DNA of 64,000 bases from Chiloscyllium plagiosum (Eukaryota): NCBI RefSeq assembly GCF_004010195.1, contig NC_057718.1, positions 80,905,561 through 80,969,560 of the forward strand, read 5' to 3'. The position numbers and the translations under genes are program-made. This document shows positions 1 to 13,419 of this stretch, piece after piece; positions within the stretch are counted from its first letter, which is position 1, and each line of letters opens with the position of its first letter. The notes under the pieces are model-generated. The model searched no databases. It was not told the DNA's origin and saw only the letters and a list, made by a program, of their open reading frames with translations.

Positions 1-2632
1 GTGCTGAAGGAGGATATTCTCAGAAATACATCCAGGGAAGTTATTTGGGTGGAACTGAGAAATAAAAAAAGGGATGATCACCTTTTGGGATTGTATCATA
101 GTTCCCCTAATAGTCAGAGGGAAATTAAGAAACAAACTTGTAAGGCGATCTCAACTATCTGTAAGAATAATAGGGTAGTTATGGTAGGGGATTTTAACTT
201 TCCAAACATTGACTGGGATTGCCATTGTGTTAAAGGCTTAAATGGAGAGGAATTTCTTAAGTGCATACAAGACAATTTTCTGATTCAGTATGTGGATGTA
301 CCTTCTAGAGAAGGTGCAATTCTTGACCTACTCTTGGGAAATAAGGCAGGGTAGGTGACTAAGGTGTCAGTGGGGGAGCACTTTGGGGCCAGCGACCATA
401 ATTCTATTCTTTTTAAAATAGTGATGGAAAAGGATAGTTGAAGTTCTAAATTGGAGAAAGGCCAATTTTGACGGTATGAGGCAAGAACCTTCAAAAGCTG
501 ATTGGAGGAAGATGTTCGCAGGTAAAGGGACGTCTGGAAAATGGGAAGCCTTCAGAAATGAGATAACAAGAATCCAGAGAAAGTATATTCCTGTCAGGGT
601 GAAAGGGAAGGCTGGTCGGTATAGGGAACGCTGGATGACTAAAGAAATTGAGGATTTGGTTAAGAAAAAGAAGGAAGCATATGTCAGGTATAGACAGGAT
701 AGATTGAGTGAATCCTTAGAAGAGTATAAAGGAAGTAGGAGTATACTTAAAAGGGAAATCAGGAGGGCATAAAGGGGACATGAGATAGCTTTGGCAAATA
801 GAATTAAGGAGAATCCAAAGGGTGTTTACAAATATATTAAGGACAAAAGGGTAACTAGGGAGACAATAGGGCCCTAAAGCATCAGCAAGTGGCCTTTGTG
901 TGGAGCCACAGAAAATGGGGGAGATACTAAATTAATATTTTGCATCAGTATTTACTGTGGAAAAGGATATGGAAAATATAGACTGTAGGGAAATAGATGG
1001 TGACATCTTGCAAAATGTCCAGATTACAGAGAAGGAAATGTTGGATGTCTTGAAACGGTTAAGGGTGGATAATTCCCAGGACCTGATCAGGTGTACCTTA
1101 CAACTTTGTGGGAAGCCTAGGGAAGTGATTGCTGGGCCTTTTGTTGAGATATTTGTATCATCGATAGTCACAGTTGACGTGCTGGAAGACTGGAGGTTGG
1201 CTAATGTGGTGCCACTGTTTAAGAAATGTGGTAAAGACAAGCCAGGGAATTATTAACCTGACGTCAATGGTGGGCAAGTTGGTGGAGGGAATCCTGAGGG
1301 ACAGGATGTACATGTATTTGGAAAGGCAAGGACTGATTAGGGATAGTCAACACGGCTTTGTGCTTGGGAAATCATGTCTCACAAACTTGATTGAGTTTTT
1401 TGAAGAAGTAACAAAGAAGATTGATGAGGGCAGAGCAGTAGATGTGATCTATATGGAACTTCAGTAAGGCGTTCGACAAGGCTCCCCTTGGGAGATTTAT
1501 TATCAAGGTTAGATCTCATGGAATACAGGGAAAACTAGCCATTTGGATACAGAACTGGCTCAAAGGTAGAAGACAGAGGGTGGTGGTGGAAGGTTGTTTT
1601 TCAGACTGGAGGCCTGTGACCAGTGGAGTGTCACAAGGATCGGTGCTGTGTCCTCTACTTTTTGTCATTTACATAAATGATTTGGATGCAAGCAGAAGAG
1701 GTACAGTTAGTAAGTTTGCAGATGACACCAAAATTGGAGGTGTAGTGAACAGCGAAGAGGGTTACTTCAGATTACAACAGGATCCGGACCAGAGGGGCCA
1801 ATGGGCTGAAAAGTGGCAGATGGAGTTTAATTCAGATAAATGCGAGGTGCTGCATTTTGGGAAAGCAAATCTTATACACTTAATGGTAAGGTCCTAGGAA
1901 GTGTTGCTGAACAAAGAGACCTTTGAGTGCAGGTTCATTGCTCCTTGAAAGTGGAGGCATAGGTAGATCGGATAGTGAAGAAGGCATTTGGTATGCTTTC
2001 CTTTATTGGTCAGAGTATTGAGTACAGGAGTTGGGAGGTCATGTTGCGGCTGTACAGGACATTGGTTAGGCCACTGTTGGAATATTGCGTGCAGTTCTGG
2101 TCTCCTTCCTATCGGAAAGATGTTGTGAAACTTAGAAGGGTTCAGAAAGGATTTACAAGGATGTTGCCAGGGCTGGAGGATTTGAGCTACAGGGAGAGGC
2201 TGAACAGGCTGAGGCTGTTTTTCCTGAGCGTCGGAGGTTGAGGGGTGATCTTATAGAGGTTTACAAAATTATGAGGGGCATGGATAGGATAAATAGACCA
2301 AGTCTTTTCCCTGGGGTGGGGAGTCCAGAACTAGAGGGCATAGGTTTAGGGTAAGAGGGGAAAGATGTAAAAGAGACATAAGGGGAATCTTTTTCACGCA
2401 GAGGGTGGTACGTGTATGGAATGAGCTTCCAGAGGATGTGGTGGAGGCTGGTACAATTGCAACATTTAAGAGGCATTTGGATGGGTATATGAATAGGAAT
2501 GGTTTGTGGAGGGATATGGGCTGGGTTTTGGCAGGTGGGACTAGATTGTGTTGGGATATCTGGTTGGCATGGACAGGTTGTTCCGAAGGGTCTGTTTCCA
2601 TGCTGTGCATCTCTATGACTCTATGACTCTAT
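1..2632 (+). mobile_element. CR1-clade LINE, ORF2 (APE endonuclease + RT) with frameshifts and stops, through the 3' end; 5' part outside the window
   Basis: ORF fragments VMVGDFNFPNIDW (endonuclease), SQHGFVLGKSCLTNL, GVSQGSVL..KFADDTK (RT) and RPLLEYCVQFWSP; ends in a (CTATGACT)n tail at ~2611-2632. Confidence 0.95.
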
Positions 2633-2824
2633 ATCTTGTGTATGGCACACACCTCTGTCACTGTGCACTGATGACAGAGAGAGTGAATGTTTAAGATAAT
2701 GACTGGAGTGCCAATCAAGCAGGTTGCTTTTTTCTGGATGATGTTATGGACATGAGAGAAATGATTGTCCACCTTTCCGCTGACCCAGGACAGCATGTTG
2801 TGTCAAAGTGATTTGACCCCCAGG

Positions 2825-2900
2825 GTTGAGATATCTGGTCGGCATGGATGGGTAGGACTGAAGGGTCTGTTTCCATGCTGTACATCTCTGTGACTCTACT
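2825..2900 (+). mobile_element. Short CR1 3'-end fragment
   Basis: GATATCTGGTCGGCATGGA...GAAGGGTCTGTTTCCATGCTGTACATCTCTGTGACTCTA matches the 3' UTR at 2555-2632. Confidence 0.8.
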
Positions 2901-5374
2901 GTAACTGGAAGGAACACACCAGTGGCAGGTTTTCTCTTAAACTTTAAAAAAAAAGATAAATGTTTATGATTTAATACCACTAGAAAAGATTGCAATCATG
3001 AATGAAACTGTTTTGTTCTTTTGATTTCAAGAGTTCTCTGCTGCACTTGCTTTTCCCCAGGGTGAAGACTTCAGCAATGGAGATCTGTCATCCTTTTTTT
3101 TGTCCAGTAAGTAAAATGATCTTGGAGTTTTAGAAGGATGATTTGTATTTTCAGCAGCAAATCCATCTTATTTCACTCCAGTCAGGTGCAATTGCAAGGT
3201 TTGATAGCACAGGCCCATTACAGTTCTTCAGTTAGATAGTACAAGGTCAGTCTCTGCCTACCGGTATTTCTTAGTCAAGGTCTTTTCTCTACATTAACAT
3301 AGATGTTAAAGTACCTGCCTGCATTGAATATGCCTTATCAAAACATTTGATCAGGTTGGCATTTTCTCCTCCCTTGTGATGCCTGAGTGATGGGAAGAAA
3401 GATGGGAAAATACAATCATCATGAAAACATTTGATTCCTAACGTCAAAAAACATTTTCTACTCAAGTCTTAAATAATGACTTCACAATCTCACAGTTGAG
3501 CAGCACTATTTTATTTTTATGTATGTTCATCTCCCTAACACCCCAATCCAATGTATTCATTTTCATACTTCCAAACTTTCTACCCTCCAGCAAGAAACTA
3601 GACAGTGCAAATGCATAATATTAAAATCAAATCAGGCAGGTCAGTCGAGGTCAAGGAGTCTTGGCTTTTGAACAGATGGGGAGCAGTGGGAAACACTGTC
3701 TGTTGCTTTCCATTCCTCTGGGACCTGCAGGCACTGCCCTGTCTCCTTGACATATGACCCTGATAGAATCCCTGAGGACCCACTGGCCAGGAATGTGAAT
3801 GGTGTTTGGACAATGTTTGGAGCATCTTTTCAGGCCCTTTTTTATACTAGGAAGGTAAGCTGTGTTATCCTGAAAGGGTTGTTGAGTGGCTCCTGAGTTT
3901 CACTTCTGCTTCATTCCAGTGAAGAACAATGCTACGCCTTTAGTCATCTGTGTGCACATTTACAGCTACATTCCAAACTGCTGCTACATCACTCCTCTAT
4001 TGGCACAGGACTTGAGACAGATAGATCATGAATGAGAGATGATTGAAAGAAAATGAACTTGAAATGAGCATGAATTGTGTTAAAATAAGGGAGATTTGCA
4101 TATAGTCAACCTTATGCTTCCACCCTGACCTATCTTAGTCCATTGGTAAGGTGAACATAGACATCTGGACATAGATCTGGATGCAGTAGCTGACCAGGAC
4201 TTCTTACATCTCATTGAATGCTACATATTCCAAAACTTAGTGCTGACCTACTTTTAAGATTTTTAGGCCTGTGGTGTGTTTCATCCACACAGTTTGTCAG
4301 AATCCAACTTCACATACCAAGGTACACAAATCTCTCAGGAACTCAGTACGAATCTTGATGGATAACCGTATCTTGTTTTGTCTGCCTACTGAAGGTCTTT
4401 ACCAGAGTGTAACAGTTATTGCATACCAACAACTACTTGGAACCACAGATGAGACTGAAGATGAGGATGAATACAGGATGAGTCACTCAAGAGTGTGTTG
4501 ACCCTGCCTGTGAGAGGTGCTATCCCGCCAAACACGCTGGAGCTTAAGCTACAACAATAGAGAAAAGCAAGCAATCTTAGCCCATCCATCCCTGGCTTAA
4601 TCCTCTCCCTCAGATAACGTCTTGTGTCACTGGCCTAGGTACAAGTTTAGCTGAATTCGCTTTTAACATGGTGATTTAGGTTGTTATAGTGAATTAACAT
4701 GTTGTGAATGATTCAGCATGGGAAAATCAAAGAAATTGAATGAATGACACATTTTTATCCCCTTAGAGAGAAAGAGGAAAAGGTTGCCAATAACTTCACA
4801 ACTTTGGTACCCAGAACATTGATGCTCACTCAAAAGAAAGACACTGAAGAAATATCAAACCTATGTGCAATCTTTGAGAATAATGTTCCATGATGTGCTG
4901 CAGTTAGTTAAAGTGGCTGTTTGAATCTATACTCTCCTCTGTGACTTTTAAACAAAGTCTTCCTTGCTGGTAACAATGTAACAAGCATCAGTTGCTTGAT
5001 ATCTGTGCCAGGTGAGAGGTAGCAAGAGGCCATGGAGACCTCAATCTTCATATAAGCACAGATGGCAACTGGAGAAAGATTAGAATGCAGTACAGAATAT
5101 GGCTTCTAAGCAGTGGCTATTTCTGTGTCCCTTAAGTCTGCATGGATTTGACAGGTGCATTAGGCTTACTATCTGTCCGATGAATAGAGATGCAGATCCA
5201 GTGTTAAGTTGAATGACATTAGCTTGAGCTCTGATGCCTGATATAATTGTCTCTCAGGACAGCCACACATACCAGAACCCTAGCTAGCCCAGTGCTTTAC
5301 AATGTCTGTGTTTAGCAGTAGATGAGACCAGGTGGCCCAAGAATAGCGCCAGGTATGCAATCAGCAGTGGTAAA

Positions 5375-6260
5375 ACTGGGATTAGAAGAGTCTTTGATTA
5401 TAGTGGCTGTTTTCCTAAGGCAGCAGGAAGTATAGACAGAGTCAGTGGAAGGAAGCTTGGTTCTTGTGATAGATTGGGCCATGTTCACAACTCTCTGATT
5501 TCTTGAGGTCTTGGGCAGAGCAGTTGCCATTCCAAGCTGTGATGCATCCAGCTAGGAAGCTTTCTATGGTGAGTCTTTAAAAATTGGTAGGTTGTTGTGG
5601 ACATGCTAAATTTCCTTAGCATTCTAAGGAAGCAGATGCATTGTTGTGATTTCTTGTCTATAGGTTAATGTGGGTAGGCCAGAATAGATCGTTGGTGATA
5701 TTTATCCTTAGGAACTTGAAACTCTCGACCACCTCCACCTCAGCAACATTGATTCAGATAAGAACATGTTCTCAACTCCGCTTCCTGAAGTCAATGACTA
5801 GCTCTTTCATTTTGCTGATATTGAGGGTGAAATTGTTGTCATTACACCATGCCATTAAGCTGTCTATCTCTTTCCGATACTCTGTCTCATCATTGTTTGA
5901 GATCCAACCACTGTGGTGGTGTCATCAGCAAATTTGTAAATGGAGTTAGAGCTGAATTTGGCCCACTGCCATGAGTGTATAAGAAGAATAGTAAGGGGCT
6001 GAGAACGCAGTGTTGCGGGGCCCCAATATTGAGGACTATTGTGGAGGAGGTGTTGTCAACATGTCCTTTCTGATTGCAGTCTGAAGGTCAGGAAGTCAAG
6101 GATCCAGTTGCAGAGGGCGACACAGAGTCTCTGTGTTCAGAGATGGGTTTAATTGGAATAATGGAGTTGAAGGCAGAGCTGAAGTCAATAAATAGGAGGA
6201 TGATGTAGGTGTCCTTATTCTCCAGATGTTCCAGGGATGAGTTAGGACCAGGTAGATGTG
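5375..6260 (-). mobile_element. Decayed Rex1/Babar-like LINE RT and C-terminal fragment
   Basis: Minus strand reads ..[20 protein letters not shown].. at ~6160-6230 and ..QRVVNMAQSI..LPSTDSVYTSCCLRKTATIIKDSSNP; both are typical Rex1-type motifs. Confidence 0.75.
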
Positions 6261-8577
6261 ATGTGGTGACTTGAATGAAGTGATGCTACTGCAATTACAA
6301 TACCACACTCCCTTCAATGTTACTAAGTCAAAATCTTGGAACTTCCCATCTTAACAATACTGTTAGTATACCTAAACCAGATGGACCACGCAGTTATGGA
6401 AGATTACACAATTACCCTGCAAAGGACGAAGAGGCATGTGTGGTCAGTAATGGTTTTGCCCATGACACTCACATTTCAGTACAAAAAAACAAATTCCAGG
6501 AGGAATGGAAAGCACTCCAATAAGATATGGTGATTGGAGAAATACATGTAATCAGTCTGTGAAGTTAATGTCTCTTACGGTTTTTTTTGCGGGGAGGTAT
6601 ATTATTCTTTTGCTTCTTAACATAAGTTCAGAAGACCTCTGTGTACTTAAATAACACAGCTAAACAAATGGGCTTAAAGTAACTTTGATGGACATAAAAG
6701 TTTTATTATTAAAAAGATGTGGCAGCATTTGCATTTAATACAATAATGCTGCCTAAGTGGCAATAATACACTAAAGCACATATTTTCTCAAATGTTATAG
6801 TGCAATAACTGGTATAAGTCGTGAAGACAACAATGCACTTTACATTATCACATCTTTATTCATTTAAATTTAATTGCATTTTCCAAAAAAGTTTAACTTT
6901 TGAAGCAAACATAAAGAGTTGTGTTAGTTAAATTTGTTGACACAAAATAATGACTGATAGCTGTGATAAAGTAGTCTCTTATTCACTGGAAAATAATGAG
7001 GGAAGCAGATTAAAGGCTAAGGAAAATCTAAAAGTGACAGGGAAAGTGGGCAAATGGGAACTTATTTAATGGCTTAAATGGGAAAAAGTCAGGACAGCAA
7101 CTGTCACAAATTATTTGGGAAGAGTGCACCAATAATTAAGCCCCAAACTGTCACAAGTGTCAAAACATTTAAATGACCAAGATGATCAATTGCCTGACTG
7201 GCTTCAATTCAGACTAAAAGAAATACACACTAGGTTTTGGCTTTAACAAGAAAATAACTATTTATTGTAAACAAACTTATATTTTTACAAGTGGCAAAAG
7301 AATTGATTAATCTACTATTGTATGATTTACACTACACTTCTTTAAAATTCCAATCTCATATACACATATTTACACTCAGTCACAAAGATCTAGACAAAAT
7401 GATTGCTTCACAAATATTATGGACAGAAAAATGTGGACAAGAAAACAAATTCTGTAGATCAACACCTAGACCACAGCGGCAAGATGAGTTTTTGCTCACA
7501 TAATTTTGACCATTAGCAATGATGACACAATACTGTCCACAGAACAATAGTTGATCTTCAATTCTATAGCCAATCAGGTGGACTTTTCTCGCATTAGAAT
7601 TTTTTTCTTTTTAAAGTCTCTAGGCTTTTGTCTTTATTGTTCACAGAGAAAAGGGTGAGATGTTTTTTGTTGGCAGGCTTCTGGATGGGTGAACTGCATT
7701 CCAGGGCTATGAAACTGTAACTTCAAAAATAAATCTGAAAGGTTATTGCTTGGCAGTTTTCCTTTGAATCAAAAACTCCTGATGCCAATTTGTCTCAGAG
7801 TATACACCTTGCTATTTGAAAAATAACCAAATCTTATGTAGCTAAAGTTAACACCACATAATCCCACTTGATCTTCAAGTTGCAAAAATTATCCTGATAC
7901 TTTAGCTATATAACAGTGTCCATTTCCATTTTATAATCCAAAGGGAAATAAAAGTATATTGAATAGCAACAACAGGGACAGAAATCAAAGTTAGAGGGCT
8001 GTCAGAAATGGATGGTACAGTGGGATCACTAAGGAAAGCGGATAAAATTAGAACAAAAAAACCCAAGCAATGGGCTGCAAATGCCAAAGAAACTATTGAT
8101 GCCTGCATGCCACACATACCCTAAAACCTGCAATGGAAAATACAGTCTGCAGTCTCACTGATTCTTTTCTTTCCAAATCACTTGTAACTCACAAGAAATA
8201 AAAGTTGCAAAGATGAAACAAAAGTGAATGAGATTGAACAAAGCATGAGTAGTGGCAGAGAAAAATAAACAGAAAAACAATAAAGACAGGTGACAAAGAG
8301 ACTAAAATTCTCTGAATTAATAAAGAATTTATTAGTCTATATTTATAAGACTCTAAGAAATAGGAACAAGGTAGGTTGTTCAGCCCCTCAAACTTACTCC
8401 ACTATTCAATAGGATCATGGCTGATGTGGTAATCCTTACACTTACTTTCCTGTGTTTCCCCCATAACCTTGATTCCCCTCCTGATCTAGAATCTATCTAT
8501 CTATCTCAGCCTTAAATATACACAAGGACTCTTACACACATTATTATAGATATTTCTAATGAAGCTGTTCAGATGTA

Positions 8578-8662
8578 CAGGTAGTTCTTCTATAACACAA
8601 TGGTTGCGTTCTTGCGCAATCCTACATTATAGAAAAATCACTTTAGAAATAGCACTTAAAGT
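8578..8662. mobile_element. Left half of a TA-flanked non-autonomous DNA transposon (Tc1/mariner-pogo-like MITE)
   Basis: TA|CAGGTAGTTCTTCTATAACAC is an imperfect inverted repeat of GTGTTATAGCAGAATGACTTG|TA at 16150-16172. Confidence 0.65.
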
Positions 8663-8957
8663 CATAGAGTCAGAGTCCTACAGCATAGAGACAGGTTATT
8701 TGGACTAAACTGGTTCATGCCGGTCAAAATATCCATCCACGCTAACCCCATTTCCCTGCGCTTGGCTCATATCCTTCTAATCCTTTCCTATCCATGCATT
8801 TGTCTAAATGCCTTTTAAATGTTGTTAATGTTTCCACCTCAACCACTTCCGCTGGCAGCTCATTCTACATGTGTACCACCCTCTAAAAAGGTTGCCCCTC
8901 AGGTTCCCTTTTATTCTTTCCCCTCTAACCTTAAACTGATGCCCTCCAATGCTCGAT

Positions 8958-9272
8958 AACAGTGGCTCAGTGGTTAGCACTGCTGCCTCACAGCACCAGG
9001 GTCCCAGGTTTGATTCTAGCCTCAGGTGACTGTCTGTGTGGAGTTTGCACATTCTCCCTGTGTCTGCGTGGGTTTCCTCCGGGTGCTCCGGTTTCCTCCC
9101 ACAATCCAAAGATGTGCAGGCCAGGTGAATTGGCCATGCTAAATTGTCCACAGTGTTTGGTGCATTAGTCAGAGCGAAATGGGTCTGGGTGGGTTACTCT
9201 TTGGAGGGTTGGTGTTGACTGGTTGGGCCTAAGGGCCTGTTTCCGCACTGTAGGAAATCTAATCTAATCTAA
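8958..9272 (+). mobile_element. HE1/V-SINE-type tRNA-derived SINE nested in CR1
   Basis: tRNA-like head GTGGCTCAGTGGTTAGCACTGCTGCCTCACAGC..GGTTTGATTC, central TGTGGAGTTTGCACATTCTCCC core, (TCTAA)n tail. Confidence 0.9.
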
Positions 9273-9544
9273 AACTCCAAACCTGGGAAAAAAGTTGACA
9301 GTGCATTCACCATATCCATACCTCTCATCATCTTATACACCTCTATAAGGTCCCTCCTCAGTTTCCTATACTCTAAAGAAAAAAGTCCTAGCTTGTCCAA
9401 CCTCTCCCTATAACTTAGACCATTGAGTCCAGGCAACATCCTTGTAAATTTCTGCTGCACTCTTCCCAGTTTAATACCATCCTTCCTCTAACAAGGTGAC
9501 CAAAACTAAACATGATACTCCAAGTGTGGCCTCACCAATGTCAT

Positions 9545-9858
9545 GGAATCCCTACAGTGTGGAAACAGGCCATTTGGCCCTACAAGTCCACACTGACCCT
9601 CCAAAGAGTAACCCACCCAGGCCCATTCCCCTACTACTCTACATTTACCCCTAACTAATGCATCTCACCTCCACAATCCTTGAACACTATGGGCAATTTT
9701 ACCATGGTCAATTCACCTAACCTGTACATCTTTAGACTGTGGGAGGAAACCCACAGGGAGAATGTGTAAACACCACACAGACAATCACCTGAGGCTAGAA
9801 TATAACTCGGGTCCTTGGCACTGTGAGGCAGCAGTGCTAACCACTGAGCCACCATACC
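9545..9858 (-). mobile_element. HE1/V-SINE-type SINE nested in CR1
   Basis: Reverse complement of the same head, core and tail as 8958-9272. Confidence 0.9.
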
Positions 9859-11052
9859 ACTCTATATAAATCCTGTAGAACTGCAGCATAACTTCATAAC
9901 TTCTATGGTCAATGCCCTGGTTGATGAAGGCCAGTGTGCTTCACTACCCTGTCTACCTGTGACTCCACCTTCAGAGAACTGTGAACCTGAATACCAAGAT
10001 CCTGCTATTCCACTATCCTCCTTAAGGCCCTACCATTTACGATAAAACTCCTACCTTGAATTGACATTCCAAAATGCAGGACTTCACACCTATCTATATT
10101 AAACACTATTTGCCATTTCTCTGTCCACCTCCCCAGCTGATAAAGGTCCTGTTGCAATTTTTGACAACCTTCCTCACTGTCCACGATACCACCTATTTCA
10201 GTGTCATCAGCAAACATACTAATCTTGCCTTGTACATTCTCATTGAAATCATTGATCTAACCTTCCAGAGCAGCCTACCATATGGAATCTTATCAAAGGC
10301 TTCACTGAAATCCATATTGACTACATCTACCACCCTGCCCTTGTCAAACTTCCCAGTCACTTCATCAAAGAACTCTAACAAATTTGTGAGGTATGATCTC
10401 CCACTCACAAAGCCATGCTGACTCCTTCTAATCAAACCCTGACTTTCCAAATGCATGTGAATGTTATCCCTCAGAATCTTCTTGAAAAACTTACCTTCCA
10501 CAGATGTTAAGCTTACCATAGTTCGCAGGCTTTTCTTTGCAACCTTTCTTGAAAAATGGCACAACATTCACTACCCTCTCGTCTTCCGGGACCACATCCA
10601 TGGCTAGGCAATGATGCAAAAATATCAGCCAAAGCCCCCTCAATTTCTTCTCTAGCCTCCTGCAGTGTTCTTGGATATATCTGGTCATGACCAAGAGATT
10701 TATCCACCCTCATACATTCTAATACACCTCCTCTATGGACTGTCCCCAAGATATCACCACTAGCTTCCCCAGGTTCCCAAGTCTTCATGTGTTTCTCTAT
10801 GATAAACACAGAGGAGAAATATTCATTTAGGACCTCACCCACCTCCTGCGGTTCTACACATACATGTCCAAATTGGTCCTTGAGGAACCTATTCTCTCTC
10901 TTGCTATTCTTTTTCCTTTAATATACTTAAAGTATTTCTTTGGATTCACTCTAATCATCTCAACTAAGGCTATTTTGTGCCTCCTATTCACCCTTCTGAT
11001 TTCCTTCTTCAGTAAACGCCTGTGTTCACTCTATACCTCGAGGGATTCCCTT

Positions 11053-11300
11053 AGAGTCATAGAGTCATAGAGATATACAGCAGGGAACAGAATCTTTGAT
11101 CCAATTAGTCCATGCCGACCAGATATCCCAACCTAATCTCATCTCATTTGCCAGCACTTGGCCCATATCCCTCTAAACCCTTCCTATTCATATACCCATC
11201 CAGATGCCTTTTAAATGTTGCAATTGTACCAGCCTCCACCACTTCCTCTGGTAGCTCATTCCACACTCTGTGAAAAAAGTTGCCCCTTAGGTCTCTTTTA
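11053..11300 (-). mobile_element. Younger CR1 3' fragment inserted into the older CR1
   Basis: Starts with the AGAGTCATAGAGTCATAGAG tail; the host ORF2 resumes after ~11300. Confidence 0.85.
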
Positions 11301-13419
11301 TTCCTTTGATCCCAGCTGCCTGTACCTTTTTTCTTGTCAAAGTCTTAATATTTCTTAATATTAAGCCTTAATAGGATTCCCTATTCGTGCCAAACTTGCC
11401 CTTCACCCTCACAGGAACATATTGACTTTGAACTCTAGCTATCTCACTTTTAAAGTCCTCTCACTTTCCAGAGGTCCATTTGCCTGCAAACAAACTACTC
11501 CAATCAACCCCTGCAAGCTCCTGTTTAATTCGCCTTACCCCAATTTAGAACTTGAACCTGTTGAACCAGTTTTGTCCCATTCTATAGCTATTTTAAAATT
11601 AATAGAACTATGGTCACAGGTCCCAAAGTGCTTCCTCACTGTCACCTCTGTCACCTGTCCAGCCTATTTTCTAGAGTAGGTTGACTTTTGCATCTTCCCA
11701 AATAGTAGCCTCTATACATTGCTCGACAAAACTTTGCTGAACGCACTTAACAAATTCCACCCCATATAAGCCCTCAATGCTCTGGCAGTCCCAGTCTATG
11801 TTCGGAAACTTAAAATCTCCTACAATGACAAGTCTCCCCAGTCTCCCTGCGTATTTGTTCCTCTAACTCCTGTTGACTATTTGGAGGCCTACAGTACAAC
11901 TCCAATAAAGTCACCATTCCCATCTTATTTTTTAGTTCCACCCACAAAGCCTCACTGGATGATCTTTCAATTATTTCATCTCTGACTACTGCTGTGACAC
12001 TCGCCTTAATCAAAAACGTAACTCCTGCTCCGCTCCTTCCACCACTTCTGTCCCGCCTAAAGTACCTGTACCCTGGTACATCAGCCGTCAGTCCTGTCAC
12101 TCCCTTAGCCATGTTACTGTAATGTCTATAATATCCAAGTCTCACATACCTATCCACGCCATGAGTTCATTGGCCTTACCTGTCAGCCGTCATGCATTGA
12201 GATAAATGCAATTTATTCAATCAGACATTCCTTGCTCCCTGTCATATTCCAGCCTGACCTGTCTCTTCAACTTATTATTTCTGATTACTGTATCTCCTTC
12301 AAACCTCACACTTACCTCCCTGCTGTTGAGTATCCCACCCCCTGCCAATCTAGTTTAAACCCTATTTGCAGCCCTTGCAAACCTGGCCACCAAGATATTA
12401 GTCCCCCCCCAGTTCAGGTGCAACCCATCTCTCTTGACTAGTTCACCTCTGCCCCAGAAAAGACCCCAATGATCTAACAATCTGAATCCCTGTCCCCTGC
12501 ACCAATTTTCTAGCCCCGCATTCATCTGTCATATCCTCATTTTCTTCCCCTCACTAACACATGGTACTGGAAGTAATCGGAGAATATCACCAACAAGGTC
12601 CTGGTTTTTAACTTTGTTCCTAGCTTCTCTTTAATCATTCTGCAGGACCTCATCCCTATTTCTATCTATGTTATTTGTGCCAATGTGCACAATGACTTCT
12701 GGCTGCTCACCCTTCCCCTTGAAAACATTCTGCACCCGCTCAGAGACATCCTATCTGTCCCCCTAACTATCGAGTCTCCTATCACTGGGATCCTGTTTAC
12801 CTTTACCCTCTGTGGCCCAGAGCCAGTACTAATGCCACCAACCTGGCTACTGTTGCTTTCCCCTGAACGGACATCCTCCCCAACAGTGTCCAAAACGGTA
12901 TACTTGTTTTAGAGGGGAATGGCCACAGAGGATTCCTCCACTCTCTGCCTACTCCCTTTGCCTTTCCTGGTGGTCACCCAGTTACTCTCTGCCTGCACCT
13001 TAGGTGTGACCACCTCACTAAAACTGTTTTCTATGAAGTGCTCAGCAGCTCAGATGATCCTGTGTGCATCCAGCTCCCGAACATGGTCTTGCAGGAGCCG
13101 CAGCTGAGTGCACTTCCCACTGTGTACTCTTCAGGGACAATGGAAGTCTCTCTGATACTCCCAGATCTTGCAGGAGAAACATGTGACTGCCCTAACAGTC
13201 ATTTTAACTGCTGTAAAACTAAAAAGGAAAGTTAAAGGGTTTACTTGTACTTTTTGTTGAGCTGCTGCTCGCCAAAGCCCCTCAAGCCAAAGTCTTACTT
13301 CTTACTCTGCTATCAATAAATTTTGCAATATTAAATTTCTCTAGCCCTCCACTTTTTTTTGGTTCAAGGAGCGGGAAGAAGGGAAACAGTACAGTAATGT
13401 AGTGTTTGGGATTTAAGCA

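Larger units (their letters stand above)
8661..13300 (-). mobile_element. Near full-length decayed CR1 LINE (ORF1 SGNH-esterase-like + ORF2) carrying nested SINEs and a CR1 fragment
   Basis: 3' tail (GTCATAGAGTCAGAGTC) at 8661; RT FADDTEIGG at ~10200; SQHGFVSGRS; endonuclease region 11400-12200; ORF1 VIGDSIVRGTDR at ~12770. Confidence 0.9.

Noticed and set aside
8958..9030. tRNA genes at SINE heads (also ~16420-16494, ~45620-45694, ~56000-56070)
   Set aside because: They are A/B-box heads of tRNA-derived SINEs that continue into the SINE core and tail.
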